A stretch of 52,696 nt of DNA, taken from contig SLOJ01000025.1 in assembly GCA_007132585.1 (NCBI GenBank), positions 1 to 52,696 on the forward strand, read 5' to 3'. The DNA comes from Bacteroidales bacterium. GTDB taxonomy: Bacteria > Bacteroidota > Bacteroidia > Bacteroidales > UBA7960. This document shows positions 20,336 to 29,806 of this stretch, piece by piece. Position numbers and translations under genes: made by a program. Numbering within the stretch: the stretch's first letter is position 1; each line of letters starts with the position of its first letter. The notes below the pieces were generated by a model that worked only from the letters and a program-made list of their open reading frames with translations, did not search any database and had not been told where the DNA came from.

Positions 20336-21010
20336 TCAGGGGTTTTTCCCGGCCACTACGAGGCTTATTTCGCCCTTAAGGGTATGGGTCTGATAATAAT
20401 TGATTATTTCCTGTAAACTACCCCTGACAGTTTCCTCATGTATTTTTGAAATTTCTCTTGAGACACTCGCCGGGCGGTCAGCTCCCAATACATTTATAAA
20501 ATCTGCAAGGGTTTTCATTAGTTTGTGGGGTGATTCATAAAACACCATTGTCCGGGTTTCTTCTCTCAGGTTTTCCAGGCGAGTTCTTCTGCCCTTTTTT
20601 ACTGGCAAAAAACCTTCAAAACAAAAACGGTCAGCCGGCAAACCACTGTTTACCAAGGCCGGAACAAAAGCCGTTGCTCCCGGCAAGCACTCAACCGGGA
20701 TACTGTTACGGATGCATTCTCTTACAAGCAAAAAGCCGGGGTCAGAAACTGCCGGTGTGCCGGCATCACTCACCATACCCATTACAGTACCTGTTCGTAT
20801 TTTCTCAATAAGTCCTTCAAGTGATTTGTGCTCGTTAAAGGCATGATACGACTGCATCTTCACATTCAACCCCAGGTGTTTGAGCAGAATCCCTGTTTTG
20901 CGTGTATCTTCTGCCAACAAAAGATCAATTTGCCCAAACACTTTTTCTGCCCGCCGCGTAATATCGTCAAGGTTTCCAACCGGAGTGGGTATAATATAAA
21001 GTTTTGACAT
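20336..21010 (-). CDS. rsmI: 16S rRNA (cytidine1402-2'-O)-methyltransferase
   Basis: It has LYIIPTPVGNLDDIT...LLAEDTR...SDAGTP.VSDPG...YESPHK, the typical RsmI tetrapyrrole-methylase-fold motifs. Confidence 0.9.
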   Translation of the reverse strand: MSKLYIIPTPVGNLDDITRRAEKVFGQIDLLLAEDTRKTGILLKHLGLNVKMQSYHAFNEHKSLEGLIEKIRTGTVMGMVSDAGTPAVSDPGFLLVRECIRNSIPVECLPGATAFVPALVNSGLPADRFCFEGFLPVKKGRRTRLENLREETRTMVFYESPHKLMKTLADFINVLGADRPASVSREISKIHEETVRGSLQEIINYYQTHTLKGEISLVVAGKNP

Positions 21011-21037
21011 CCTTTCAGGATTACTTTGGCTAACAAT

Positions 21038-21844
21038 TTACATGTATCTTCTCTGAACGAGGTTAGCAAACTTCTCTATGGTATCAGCGCTGCGTTGTCC
21101 GTCCCATTGAAATTCATGGGTAAGTTTATTCAAAAACTCAAATGCCTCATGAATAGAAGGAAATTGATTGAGCCTTTCAACTGCCTCATTATATGATTTC
21201 AGGTCACCATTGAACAACTCATTGATAAAAAGGAATTTCTCATTAACCCCAATAGCATCTTTAATGCTTTTCACCGGCTTATACTGCATGCGGGCTCCAA
21301 TACTTTTATCTTCCTTTATTTCAAGAAGACGCTCATATATGGAGCTTTTTTCATTTGAAAATTTTTCGGCTACAATGGTTGAATTTTGTTGCACCGGTTT
21401 AGCCGGAGTTTCTTCGGGTTCCACTTTTTCAGGTTTTGAAGCCACAATAGGTTTTTCAATATCAGGTTTTTCAGGTTGTTTTTCCTGATCTTTTACAACA
21501 TTCTTCGCCTTTTCTTCAGCTGCAGGTTCAGGCTTTGTTTCTTTTTCCTGTTTAACAGGTTTTTCTTCTTTTAAAACATCCTTTACAGGCTCCTCATAAG
21601 CTTTTTGGGGAGCTTCCTTTGTCTTTCCGTGATCTCCTGAGATCACATGTGCTTCGGAAAGATTCCCGGCTTCTGATAACTTTCGCATTAACTCAAGCTC
21701 ACTATAAAGAGATCTTACATCTTCCATGGCAAGGTCAATCTCAAGAAGGTTTCTACTACCCGATTGCCGTTCAATTAATTCAGTCCTTTTGATTATGTTT
21801 TCAAGCAGATTTACAATATTTTCTTTTGTTTGTGTTAAGCTCAT
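21038..21844 (-). CDS. hypothetical protein with central K/E/P-rich low-complexity linker
   Basis: 268-aa ORF that is strongly preferred over the overlapping antisense ORF. It has a structured N-terminal ~60 aa and C-terminal ~100 aa. I recognise no family. Confidence 0.55.
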   Translation of the reverse strand: MSLTQTKENIVNLLENIIKRTELIERQSGSRNLLEIDLAMEDVRSLYSELELMRKLSEAGNLSEAHVISGDHGKTKEAPQKAYEEPVKDVLKEEKPVKQEKETKPEPAAEEKAKNVVKDQEKQPEKPDIEKPIVASKPEKVEPEETPAKPVQQNSTIVAEKFSNEKSSIYERLLEIKEDKSIGARMQYKPVKSIKDAIGVNEKFLFINELFNGDLKSYNEAVERLNQFPSIHEAFEFLNKLTHEFQWDGQRSADTIEKFANLVQRRYM

Positions 21845-21999
21845 ATAGCGTTACAGGTTTTAATATCTGAAATAAAAAGCGATAAAAATGAATTCTTATT
21901 GTATCTGATGGTTTATCTTTGCATGGAAAAATTCATTTCCTGGTTTAAAAACGGAAATCAAACCCTGCAAAATTAGCAAAGAAAAACAATTACCCTTTC

Positions 22000-22578
22000 A
22001 TGTTTCTTGAAAAAGATATTGATACATCAAAAGGTCGGGGCTGGATAGAGGTAATATGTGGAAGCATGTTCTCTGGCAAAACCGAAGAATTGATAAGAAG
22101 GCTCAAACGTGCCAAAATTGCACGCCAGCAGGTAGAGATATTCAAGCCGGCAATTGATGTGAGATACGACGAAGAAAAAGTAGTCTCGCATGATGCCAAT
22201 GAAATCATGTCTACCCCTGTGCCTTCATCTTCCAATATCCTACTTCTGGCAAATAATGTGGATGTTGTGGGTATTGATGAAGCCCAGTTTTTTGATGCCG
22301 AACTCCCCAATGTATGTTCCCAACTTGCTAACCAGGGAATAAGGGTAATAGCAGCAGGACTTGATATGGATTTCATGGGCAAACCCTTCGGCCCCATCCC
22401 CAACTTGCTTGCCGTGGCAGAATACATTACAAAGGTACATGCCATATGCGTTAAGTGTGGCAGCCTTGCCCATTTTTCGCACCGCACCATAGTAAGCGAA
22501 AAACTTGTTGTGCTGGGTGAAAAGGAATCTTATGAGCCATTGTGCCGCTCTTGTTTCGAAAAAGAAACCGGAAAATAA
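22000..22578 (+). CDS. tdk: thymidine kinase
   Basis: It has the P-loop [16 protein letters not shown], and a C-terminal zinc ribbon (CVKCG...CRSC). Confidence 0.92.
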   Translation: MFLEKDIDTSKGRGWIEVICGSMFSGKTEELIRRLKRAKIARQQVEIFKPAIDVRYDEEKVVSHDANEIMSTPVPSSSNILLLANNVDVVGIDEAQFFDAELPNVCSQLANQGIRVIAAGLDMDFMGKPFGPIPNLLAVAEYITKVHAICVKCGSLAHFSHRTIVSEKLVVLGEKESYEPLCRSCFEKETGK

Positions 22579-22724
22579 TCTACTATCCGTAAAATAGAAT
22601 CTTCAGTCAAAAAGTCGAGAAAAAACATAGTCTTACCTGGTATTTAGGTGTATTACTTAAAACCTGAAAGACTCTTTTTCCTTTATTTGTCCTGTATTTA
22701 ATTTAACCCACAAAAACAATTATT

Positions 22725-23105
22725 ATGAAAAAAACAGGATTATTATTTTTAGCAATGAGTGCTATGCTGATTGTATTCAGCAGTTGCAGTAAAGACGGAT
22801 TCGAAATCGAAGGTACTTGGAATATAGATAAAGTTGAAACCTACATGGGAGGTGAATTAATTGAAACTGATGAAAATGAAGGTACTGTAACTTTCAATTC
22901 TGACGGAACCGGTAGCTCCACCGATGATGGTGAGACAGATGAATTTAACTGGACACTGATTGATGATACACTGACACTCGTATTTGATGATGAAACAACC
23001 ATTCTTAATTTAACTACCAAAACAGAAGACAAAATGGTAGGTGAGTTTGAACAAACATGGGAGGGAGTAACATTTAAAGTAGTTATTTCCATGACTAAAC
23101 TATAA
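22725..23105 (+). CDS. small lipocalin-like lipoprotein
   Basis: A signal peptide with a lipobox (LIVFSSC) is followed by the G.W motif (IEGTWNIDKV) and about 100 aa of beta-rich acidic sequence. Confidence 0.65.
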   Translation: MKKTGLLFLAMSAMLIVFSSCSKDGFEIEGTWNIDKVETYMGGELIETDENEGTVTFNSDGTGSSTDDGETDEFNWTLIDDTLTLVFDDETTILNLTTKTEDKMVGEFEQTWEGVTFKVVISMTKL

Positions 23106-23157
23106 AACAACTTTTTTTAGAAAAATAAATTGGGGTTAATGTAAACCTCATACAATC

Positions 23158-23192
23158 AAAAAACCACCTTGTCATCGGCAAGGTGGTTTTTT
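23158..23192. terminator. bidirectional intrinsic terminator between convergent genes
   Basis: AAAAAA-CCACCTTG-tcatcgg-CAAGGTGG-TTTTTT: a perfect 8-bp stem with A6 and T6 flanks. Confidence 0.8.
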
Positions 23193-23206
23193 GAAATTGA
23201 GCATTA

Positions 23207-24940
23207 TTAATTATTTAACTCAGGGTTTAACACAGCATCAATAAGTTCTTTTGTATAGCTTTTCTTAGGATTTTTGTAAAGTTCATCTGCCTCTCCGCTT
23301 TCTACAATTTTTCCGTGTTGCATTACCATAATCCGGTCTGACATGAATTTTACTACTGAAAGGTCATGCGATATAAAAATATAGGTGAGATCAAATTCCC
23401 TTTTCAAATCATTCAGCAGGTTCAGCACCTGTGCCTGAACCGATACATCCAGTGCTGATACTGATTCGTCACAAATAATAAAGTCTGGTTGCAAAGCCAA
23501 TGCTCTTGCAATACATATACGCTGACGCTGCCCCCCTGAAAATTCGTGGGGATAACGGTAATAATGTTTTTCTTCCAGACCTACCTTTATGAGCAAATCA
23601 ATGATTGTCTTTTTCCGTTCAGTGTCATTCTTACCAATTCCATGAATACGCATGGGTTCAATCATGGCAATTCCTACCTGTATACCTGGCGTAAGTGAAG
23701 AATAAGGGTCCTGAAAAATGATCTGGATTCTTGGCCTTAGTTTTCTTAGTGCATCGCTTTTCAGTTTTGCCAGATCGGTTCCTTTGTAGACCACTTCTCC
23801 GGCAATCGGTTCAAACAATCGCAACAATGTGCGCCCCAGGGTGGTTTTCCCGCAACCCGATTCACCAACCAGCCCAAGGGTTTCGCCTTTATATACCCTT
23901 ATACTCACATCATCTACGGCATGAAACCAATCTTTGGGTTTTCCCCAGAAATTTTTTCGGGTTACAAAGCCTGACTTCAAACTTTTTACCTCCAGCACAG
24001 GAGATTGAGAATAAATTTTGTCATGACGTTTAAGCCGTTCCTCGGGATCTTCTTCAATGGCAAGGAAGCCCTGTACACTATCACCGGATTTTTCGAAATC
24101 GGCTACCACAGGCAAATGATATGGCCTAACATGTATGCCGGGGCGACAGGCAACCAAACCTTTGGAATAGGGGTGCTGCGGATTTCTGAAAAGTTCTTTT
24201 ACTTTTCCATTTTCCACAATTTCTCCTTTTCGCATAATGGCTGCCTGATCTGCAACTTCGTGGATTACACCCAGATCATGAGAAATAAACAAAACACTCA
24301 TATTGTGCCGGATTTGCAATTCGCCGATAAGCTGCAGGATGTTTTTCTGTACAGTAACATCAAGAGCAGTAGTTGGCTCATCGGCAATAAGCATCAACGG
24401 ATCGCAGGCAATGGCCATGGCAATCATTACCCTCTGGCGCTGGCCACCGGAAAGCTCATGAGGATATTTGCGGAAGGTTTTTCGTGGATCAGGGAGTTTT
24501 ACTTCTTCAAACAACTGAAGAACCTTATTGCGGGCATCCTTTTCACCGGATTTTCTGTGCCAGAGAATACTTTCCATTACCTGCACGCCACATCGCTTTA
24601 CCGGGTTAAGTGATGTCATAGGTTCCTGGAAGATCATGCCAATATAGTTTCCACGAATATGTTGCATCTTATTCTCCGATACCTTCAGAAGATCAATTTC
24701 TCCTTTTTCAGGATGCTGAAAAAGGATTTCACCGGTAGTTATCTTTGATGTGCGTCGGGGCAATAAACGCATTACCGACAATGCGGTAACAGACTTTCCG
24801 CTGCCCGACTCCCCCACCAAGCCAAGGGTTTCTCCTGCCTGTAAATCGAAGTTTACATGCTCAACAGCCTGAACAAATCCCTCATCGGTTTCAAAACCAA
24901 TACTTAAATTGCGAATGCTCATTAAAGGAGATTTCTGCAT
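23207..24940 (-). CDS. ABC transporter ATP-binding protein with two fused ATPase domains (Dpp/Opp D-F or YejF-like)
   Basis: The start was set at ATG 24940 (MQKSPLMSIRNLSIGF). It has two Walker A motifs (GESGSGKS, GESGCGKT) and two signature motifs (LSGGQRQR, FSGGQRQR). Confidence 0.88.
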   Translation of the reverse strand: MQKSPLMSIRNLSIGFETDEGFVQAVEHVNFDLQAGETLGLVGESGSGKSVTALSVMRLLPRRTSKITTGEILFQHPEKGEIDLLKVSENKMQHIRGNYIGMIFQEPMTSLNPVKRCGVQVMESILWHRKSGEKDARNKVLQLFEEVKLPDPRKTFRKYPHELSGGQRQRVMIAMAIACDPLMLIADEPTTALDVTVQKNILQLIGELQIRHNMSVLFISHDLGVIHEVADQAAIMRKGEIVENGKVKELFRNPQHPYSKGLVACRPGIHVRPYHLPVVADFEKSGDSVQGFLAIEEDPEERLKRHDKIYSQSPVLEVKSLKSGFVTRKNFWGKPKDWFHAVDDVSIRVYKGETLGLVGESGCGKTTLGRTLLRLFEPIAGEVVYKGTDLAKLKSDALRKLRPRIQIIFQDPYSSLTPGIQVGIAMIEPMRIHGIGKNDTERKKTIIDLLIKVGLEEKHYYRYPHEFSGGQRQRICIARALALQPDFIICDESVSALDVSVQAQVLNLLNDLKREFDLTYIFISHDLSVVKFMSDRIMVMQHGKIVESGEADELYKNPKKSYTKELIDAVLNPELNN

Positions 24941-25062
24941 TTTTTTCCTATTAGTAATGGTGCAAAACAAGACCGGAAGTCTGCAGCCCGGTTCACAACC
25001 CAACAAAGCTACAAACTTCCGGTATTATAATTTAATATTTTACATAAAACCCTAGCTGAAGC

Positions 25063-26706
25063 CTACTTAATAGGCTCACCGGGTTTGCGCCATCTTACAT
25101 CATAATATCCCGGACGTTCTTCCACAGCGCGGCGAAGGTGATCTTCAGGGTAACCCACACCACTGGGCCATGGTCTTAAAGCATCCTCGGTACGAATATA
25201 ACGGTCATTATATTTTGAAAAAATATGATATCCCAGTTCTCTCCACCGCTGAACGGTATATTCTGCATTGTTTACGCTGAAATCGGTAAGATATTCGTAC
25301 ATCATCTCCCTGTCGGTATCATAAAGGGATTTAGCTGCCATATCAACAGCTTTGGTCATTACATGCGAACGGTTTTCCACTTCCTGCTGCACTTCCTTGA
25401 TATCTTCAATGATATAACTGTAAAGACCATAAGCATAGTTGGCCACCAGGTTGAATACCCAAAATGCCGAATCCCAGTCAAAATCTACAATATTACCGGT
25501 TGTAAGAGAAACAGGTGCTCTCTGCATACCCACATAAAGTGGCATATAGGCATTGGAGTAGGTATCATCAACACCATACCAGAAGATACCGCCGATGGGA
25601 TCAGGAAGGAAATTTCTGGATTGAGAAATAAATGAGAACCCGGTTTGTGGTTGTGAAATTGTACGCGGCCAAGCATATTTTTGCTCATCCAGTTCAAAAT
25701 AAAGGGGTCTCCAGCGATAAGGGTTGTTGTAGGGTCCGGCACTGTAACCTTCGGCTGTATAGAACGCAGAATCGTGGAAGTGATCGCGCACAAAACCGAT
25801 CATGTTCTGTACCGTAACTTTACTGTCGGGTTTTACAAAAAGCGGATAAGGTTCAGCACCTTCCACACAACGCCAGTATTCGGCAGGAAAATCCTGTGAA
25901 GGAGCAGCATTGCGGAAAACACTCCACACACGACCTTCGCAAAGCAGCAAAGATTCGCAGGTAAGGGGATTGTATGCTTCCACAAAGTTGAATTCTTCTT
26001 TGGGACCGTTAAACCAGCCCATTTCGCGGGCAAAGTCAACAAGGTCGTCCGACCACATCCAGTTGTCAGTATCTTCCCAGTCAACGGTTCTGATACGCGC
26101 CTGGTTGGCATGAGCGGCAATGTAACCGTCAGGAACTCTTGCGGCAACCCAAACGGCACCTTCGCCATGCTCACCCTTGCCAATGAACTCCATGACCCAT
26201 GCTTCATTTTTGTCGGCAATGGAAAAAGATTCGCCGGTGCTGTTGTAGCCATGGGCATCAACCAGTCCGGTCATCACCTGTATGGCTTCACGGGCGGTTT
26301 TAGAACGTTGCAGTGCAATGTACATCATAGCACCATAATCGATAAACCCATTTGGGGTATGCAGCTCAGAGCGGCCGGTAAAGGTGGTTTCACCTATGGC
26401 AACCTGGTGTTCGTTCATGTTACCTATTACGCGGTAAGTTTTACTTACCTGAGGAATTCTACCCAGCAAATGACCGTAATGCCAGCAAATGATATCAAGA
26501 GAATCACCTTCTTCATATTCATTTCCCGGATAATAATAAAGAGGGTCCATAAACCCACCTGCATCAGCAAGGTAGCTGATCATTACACTTCCATCGGCAC
26601 TGGCGCCGGCGGAAACAAGTACATTGGTACAGGCATTGGTACGCGGGGTAAACAAACCCACAAGCATTACCAGAAAAATGATTTTGAAAAAATTGTTTTT
26701 TGTCAT
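25063..26706 (-). CDS. secreted peptidase family C69 dipeptidase (paralog 1)
   Basis: A signal peptide is followed directly by CTNVLVSAGASADGS, the N-terminal nucleophile Cys of C69 enzymes. 547 aa. Confidence 0.85.
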   Translation of the reverse strand: MTKNNFFKIIFLVMLVGLFTPRTNACTNVLVSAGASADGSVMISYLADAGGFMDPLYYYPGNEYEEGDSLDIICWHYGHLLGRIPQVSKTYRVIGNMNEHQVAIGETTFTGRSELHTPNGFIDYGAMMYIALQRSKTAREAIQVMTGLVDAHGYNSTGESFSIADKNEAWVMEFIGKGEHGEGAVWVAARVPDGYIAAHANQARIRTVDWEDTDNWMWSDDLVDFAREMGWFNGPKEEFNFVEAYNPLTCESLLLCEGRVWSVFRNAAPSQDFPAEYWRCVEGAEPYPLFVKPDSKVTVQNMIGFVRDHFHDSAFYTAEGYSAGPYNNPYRWRPLYFELDEQKYAWPRTISQPQTGFSFISQSRNFLPDPIGGIFWYGVDDTYSNAYMPLYVGMQRAPVSLTTGNIVDFDWDSAFWVFNLVANYAYGLYSYIIEDIKEVQQEVENRSHVMTKAVDMAAKSLYDTDREMMYEYLTDFSVNNAEYTVQRWRELGYHIFSKYNDRYIRTEDALRPWPSGVGYPEDHLRRAVEERPGYYDVRWRKPGEPIK

Positions 26707-26809
26707 GTTAAGATTTTTATGGGAATTATTGAGTATTTAATTTAATATTTCGGAATTAGCTTCGCTGAGCTCACCTTTTGCTCAGTTCGTACTTCATATT
26801 TCAGATATG

Positions 26810-28468
26810 TTACTTAATAGGCTCACCCGGTTGTCTCCATCTTACATCAAAGTAGTTGGGGTTTTCATCTACAACCCTTTGCAGGTACCATTCGGGATAT
26901 CCGATTCCTTGTGGCCAGGGCCTTAACACATCTTCATCACGAATATAGCGATCATTATATTTTGAAAAAATCTCCCTGCTAAAGTCCCTCCAGCGATTTA
27001 CCACATATTCGGTATGGTTTACGCTGAAATCGGTAAGATAATCACGCATCATTTTCTTATCTGTTTCATATAGTTGCTGTGCAGCAATATCAACAGCATG
27101 TGTCATGGTAAAAGCACGGTTTTCCAGTTTTTTCTGTTCTGCCTGAATGTCGTCAATTACAATCCCATATTGTCCGTATGCATAATTGGCCAAAAGGTCA
27201 AACGTCCAGAATGCAGATTCCCACTCAAATTTGATGGGATTAGCGATAGATAATGATGGAGGTGCTTTGGTAATTCCTGTATAAAGCGGCATAAATACAT
27301 TGGTATGATTATCATCAACACTGTACCAGCAAATACCGCCAATTTCATCGGGGAGCCAGTTGCGTGCCTGGGTAACGAATGAAAAAGCTGTCTGGGGTTG
27401 AGAAATAGGTCTCTCCCATGAATAAGTAATGGTATCTCCGTCCATTTCCAGATCAAAAACAACCGGTCGCCAACGGTAGGGATTATTATGGGGACCTGCA
27501 GCATACCCTTCTCCGGTGTAATAGGGCGTACCGTGGAAATGATCACGTATAAGACCAATCATTGCATCCACTGTTATTTTTTCATCGGGTTTGATAAACA
27601 AAGGATAAGGCTCTACACCTTCTACGCAACGCCAGTAATCAGCAGAAAAATTTTGCGATGGTGCAGCACGGTTATACACACTCCATACCCTGCTTTCGCA
27701 TAGCAGCAGCGATGTAGGAGTTACCGGGTCATAGGCTTCACGAAAACTGAAATTACGGTTTCTGCCTTTATACCAGCCCATTTCTTTGGCAAAATCAACT
27801 ACATCTTCGGCCCACATCCAATTGTCGGTATCTCTCCAGTTTACTTTTCTGATGCGCGACTGGTTAGCATGAGCAGCCATATATCCTTCAGGAACTCTTG
27901 CTGCAACCCACACAGCCCCCCGACCATGTTTACCTTTACCAATGAAATCCATGATCCATACTTCGTCTTTATCTGCAATGGAAAAAGTTTCACCGGTATC
28001 TCTGTATCCATAAGTTTTGGCAAGCTCATCCATAATCATGATGGCTTCTCTGGCTGAACCGGCCCGTTGTAAGGTGATCCATATTAAATTTCCATAATCA
28101 AAAACTCCCTCTCCATCATGTAATTCTCTGCGCCCGGTAAAAGTAGTTTCGGTTATGGCAACCTGTTTTTCATTCATATTACCTACAACACGATAAGTAC
28201 GGGCAGCCTGGGCTATTCTGCCAAGGTAATCATCATCGCGGAAACCGAAGATATCAAGTGAATCTCCTTCTTTATATTCTCCGCCTTCATAGAAATACAA
28301 TGGCTGGGCAAAACCGGCTACATCATAGGTCCAGCTGGTCATAACACTGCCATCAGCACTGGCTCCACGCGACACCAGCACATTGGTGCAGGCTCTGGCC
28401 TGTTCAACTGATCCGGCTAGCAATAGAATAATAAGCAATTGTAAATAAATAAAACTGTTTTTCTTCAT
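26810..28468 (-). CDS. secreted peptidase family C69 dipeptidase (paralog 2)
   Basis: It has the same architecture (…ARACTNVLVSRGASADGS) and is colinear with paralog 1 along all 552 aa. Confidence 0.85.
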   Translation of the reverse strand: MKKNSFIYLQLLIILLLAGSVEQARACTNVLVSRGASADGSVMTSWTYDVAGFAQPLYFYEGGEYKEGDSLDIFGFRDDDYLGRIAQAARTYRVVGNMNEKQVAITETTFTGRRELHDGEGVFDYGNLIWITLQRAGSAREAIMIMDELAKTYGYRDTGETFSIADKDEVWIMDFIGKGKHGRGAVWVAARVPEGYMAAHANQSRIRKVNWRDTDNWMWAEDVVDFAKEMGWYKGRNRNFSFREAYDPVTPTSLLLCESRVWSVYNRAAPSQNFSADYWRCVEGVEPYPLFIKPDEKITVDAMIGLIRDHFHGTPYYTGEGYAAGPHNNPYRWRPVVFDLEMDGDTITYSWERPISQPQTAFSFVTQARNWLPDEIGGICWYSVDDNHTNVFMPLYTGITKAPPSLSIANPIKFEWESAFWTFDLLANYAYGQYGIVIDDIQAEQKKLENRAFTMTHAVDIAAQQLYETDKKMMRDYLTDFSVNHTEYVVNRWRDFSREIFSKYNDRYIRDEDVLRPWPQGIGYPEWYLQRVVDENPNYFDVRWRQPGEPIK

Positions 28469-28738
28469 GTTTTGATTTTTGATTGATTAGGTGTAAATAA
28501 TCTGATTTAATGTATATGATGAAAACTTCAACCTTTTAGCGTGTAGCAATTAACAGTATTGCTCACGTTATTGAAGCTACAAAAATAACAAAATGAAGAA
28601 ATCAGAATAATGTTATCCTTAATACAAACCTGTATTCGATTTATTTTTCAGGATAAACAATAATATTCCTGTTGCCAAACAGGCTTTTTCTATGCGAAAA
28701 ATATTTTGACAGAATCTCACAATCAGTATTTAAAAAAA

Positions 28739-29245
28739 ATGATTAGGTTTGTTAATGGAAGTACATCCCAAAAAAAAACCAACATGAATGATACAAGTGG
28801 ATATCATAAATCGAAAAAATTCCTTAAGCTCCCCCGGATGCGCGAAAGTAAGGAGCAATTTAAAAAATTTATCAGAGAAAATCAGAAATATCCTGCTGCT
28901 GCGATTGAAAATAAAATTGAAGGCGATGTAATTATAAAGTACAAGATCACCGATAACGGTGATGTTTTTGACCCTTCAGTAATTAAAGGATTGGGGTATG
29001 GTTGTGATGAAGAGGCTGTAAGGCTGGTAAAAATGATTCGTTACAATGCCGTGAAAAACCGGGGAGTTAGGGTTACAGCCCATAGCAAAATTAAGATACC
29101 TTTCAGGCTTCCCAAAGAAAAGAAGCAACAGAAGATTAAGATGGTTTACACCCAAACTCCTGCTGCAAAAGAACCTGAAAAAAAGAAAAAGGAACAGGAA
29201 AAATCTCCATACCAAAAAACCTACAACTACACCATCAAATTTTAA
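28739..29245 (+). CDS. TonB C-terminal-domain protein lacking an obvious membrane anchor
   Basis: YPAAAIENKIEGDVIIKYKITDNGDV...VIKGLGYGCDEEAVRLV matches the TonB_C fold signature. The ATG at 28739 is preferred to the TTG at 28706. No hydrophobic helix lies upstream. The C-terminal tail is K/E-rich. Confidence 0.55.
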   Translation: MIRFVNGSTSQKKTNMNDTSGYHKSKKFLKLPRMRESKEQFKKFIRENQKYPAAAIENKIEGDVIIKYKITDNGDVFDPSVIKGLGYGCDEEAVRLVKMIRYNAVKNRGVRVTAHSKIKIPFRLPKEKKQQKIKMVYTQTPAAKEPEKKKKEQEKSPYQKTYNYTIKF

Positions 29246-29345
29246 ATAACTTTGCAGCCTTTACATCCACTTGTTACTAAGAGTTATTATTGCTAACTTC
29301 ACAACAAGAATATTTCAAAATCTTTTATTTCAACTCCGATTTCAA

Positions 29346-29801
29346 ATGAAGTCTGTAAACATTCGAATCACCAAAGAGTTCCGTTTTGAGGCCGCCCATG
29401 CTTTATGGGGTTATGACGGAGCCTGCCGCAATATACACGGACACAGTTATCTTTTATATGTTACACTTATTGGTAAGCCCAATACTGACACCTCTCATCC
29501 CAAGTTCGGCATGGTGATGGATTTTTCGGTTTTAAAGAAAATCGTAAATGAAGCAGTAACCAATCCTTTCGATCACGCGCTTTTGGTTCGTAAAGGAACC
29601 CCACATGCCGAACTGGCTAAAAATTCAGAGCTGGTAGGCAAGATAATGGAAATGGATTACCAGCCTACCTGCGAAAATATGGTCCTGGATTTTGCTGAAA
29701 AGATTTCATCGCGATTGCCTGCCGAAGTAAAGTTATTCAGCCTGCGATTGCACGAAACCGCAACTTCATATGCCGAATGGTTTGCAGATGATAATATCTG
29801 A
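29346..29801 (+). CDS. queD: 6-carboxy-5,6,7,8-tetrahydropterin synthase / PTPS family
   Basis: The start was set at ATG 29346 (MKSVNIRITKEFRFEAAHAL). It has the CRNIHGHSY catalytic/zinc motif and is ~150 aa. Confidence 0.85.
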   Translation: MKSVNIRITKEFRFEAAHALWGYDGACRNIHGHSYLLYVTLIGKPNTDTSHPKFGMVMDFSVLKKIVNEAVTNPFDHALLVRKGTPHAELAKNSELVGKIMEMDYQPTCENMVLDFAEKISSRLPAEVKLFSLRLHETATSYAEWFADDNI

Positions 29802-29806
29802 TATTC

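Noticed and set aside
21990-22490. 166-aa minus-strand ORF covering most of tdk
   Set aside because: It is antisense to a thymidine kinase gene with clear P-loop and zinc-ribbon motifs. Its product is low-complexity Ser/Ala/Leu-rich with no motif, so it is a shadow ORF.
24005-24613. 202-aa plus-strand ORF inside the ABC ATPase gene
   Set aside because: It is antisense to a CDS with two complete Walker A and signature motif sets, and its product has no recognisable features.
26110-26745. 211-aa plus-strand ORF (and several 60-140-aa ORFs) overlapping the C69 dipeptidase genes
   Set aside because: The minus-strand frames encode two mutually supporting paralogs over their full length, so the overlapping ORFs are frame shadows.
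25063-28468. The two dipeptidase copies as an assembly duplication or repeat-mediated mobile unit
   Set aside because: The copies are clearly diverged at both nucleotide and protein level, including indels, so they are true paralogs. No flanking inverted or direct repeats or transposase genes are present.
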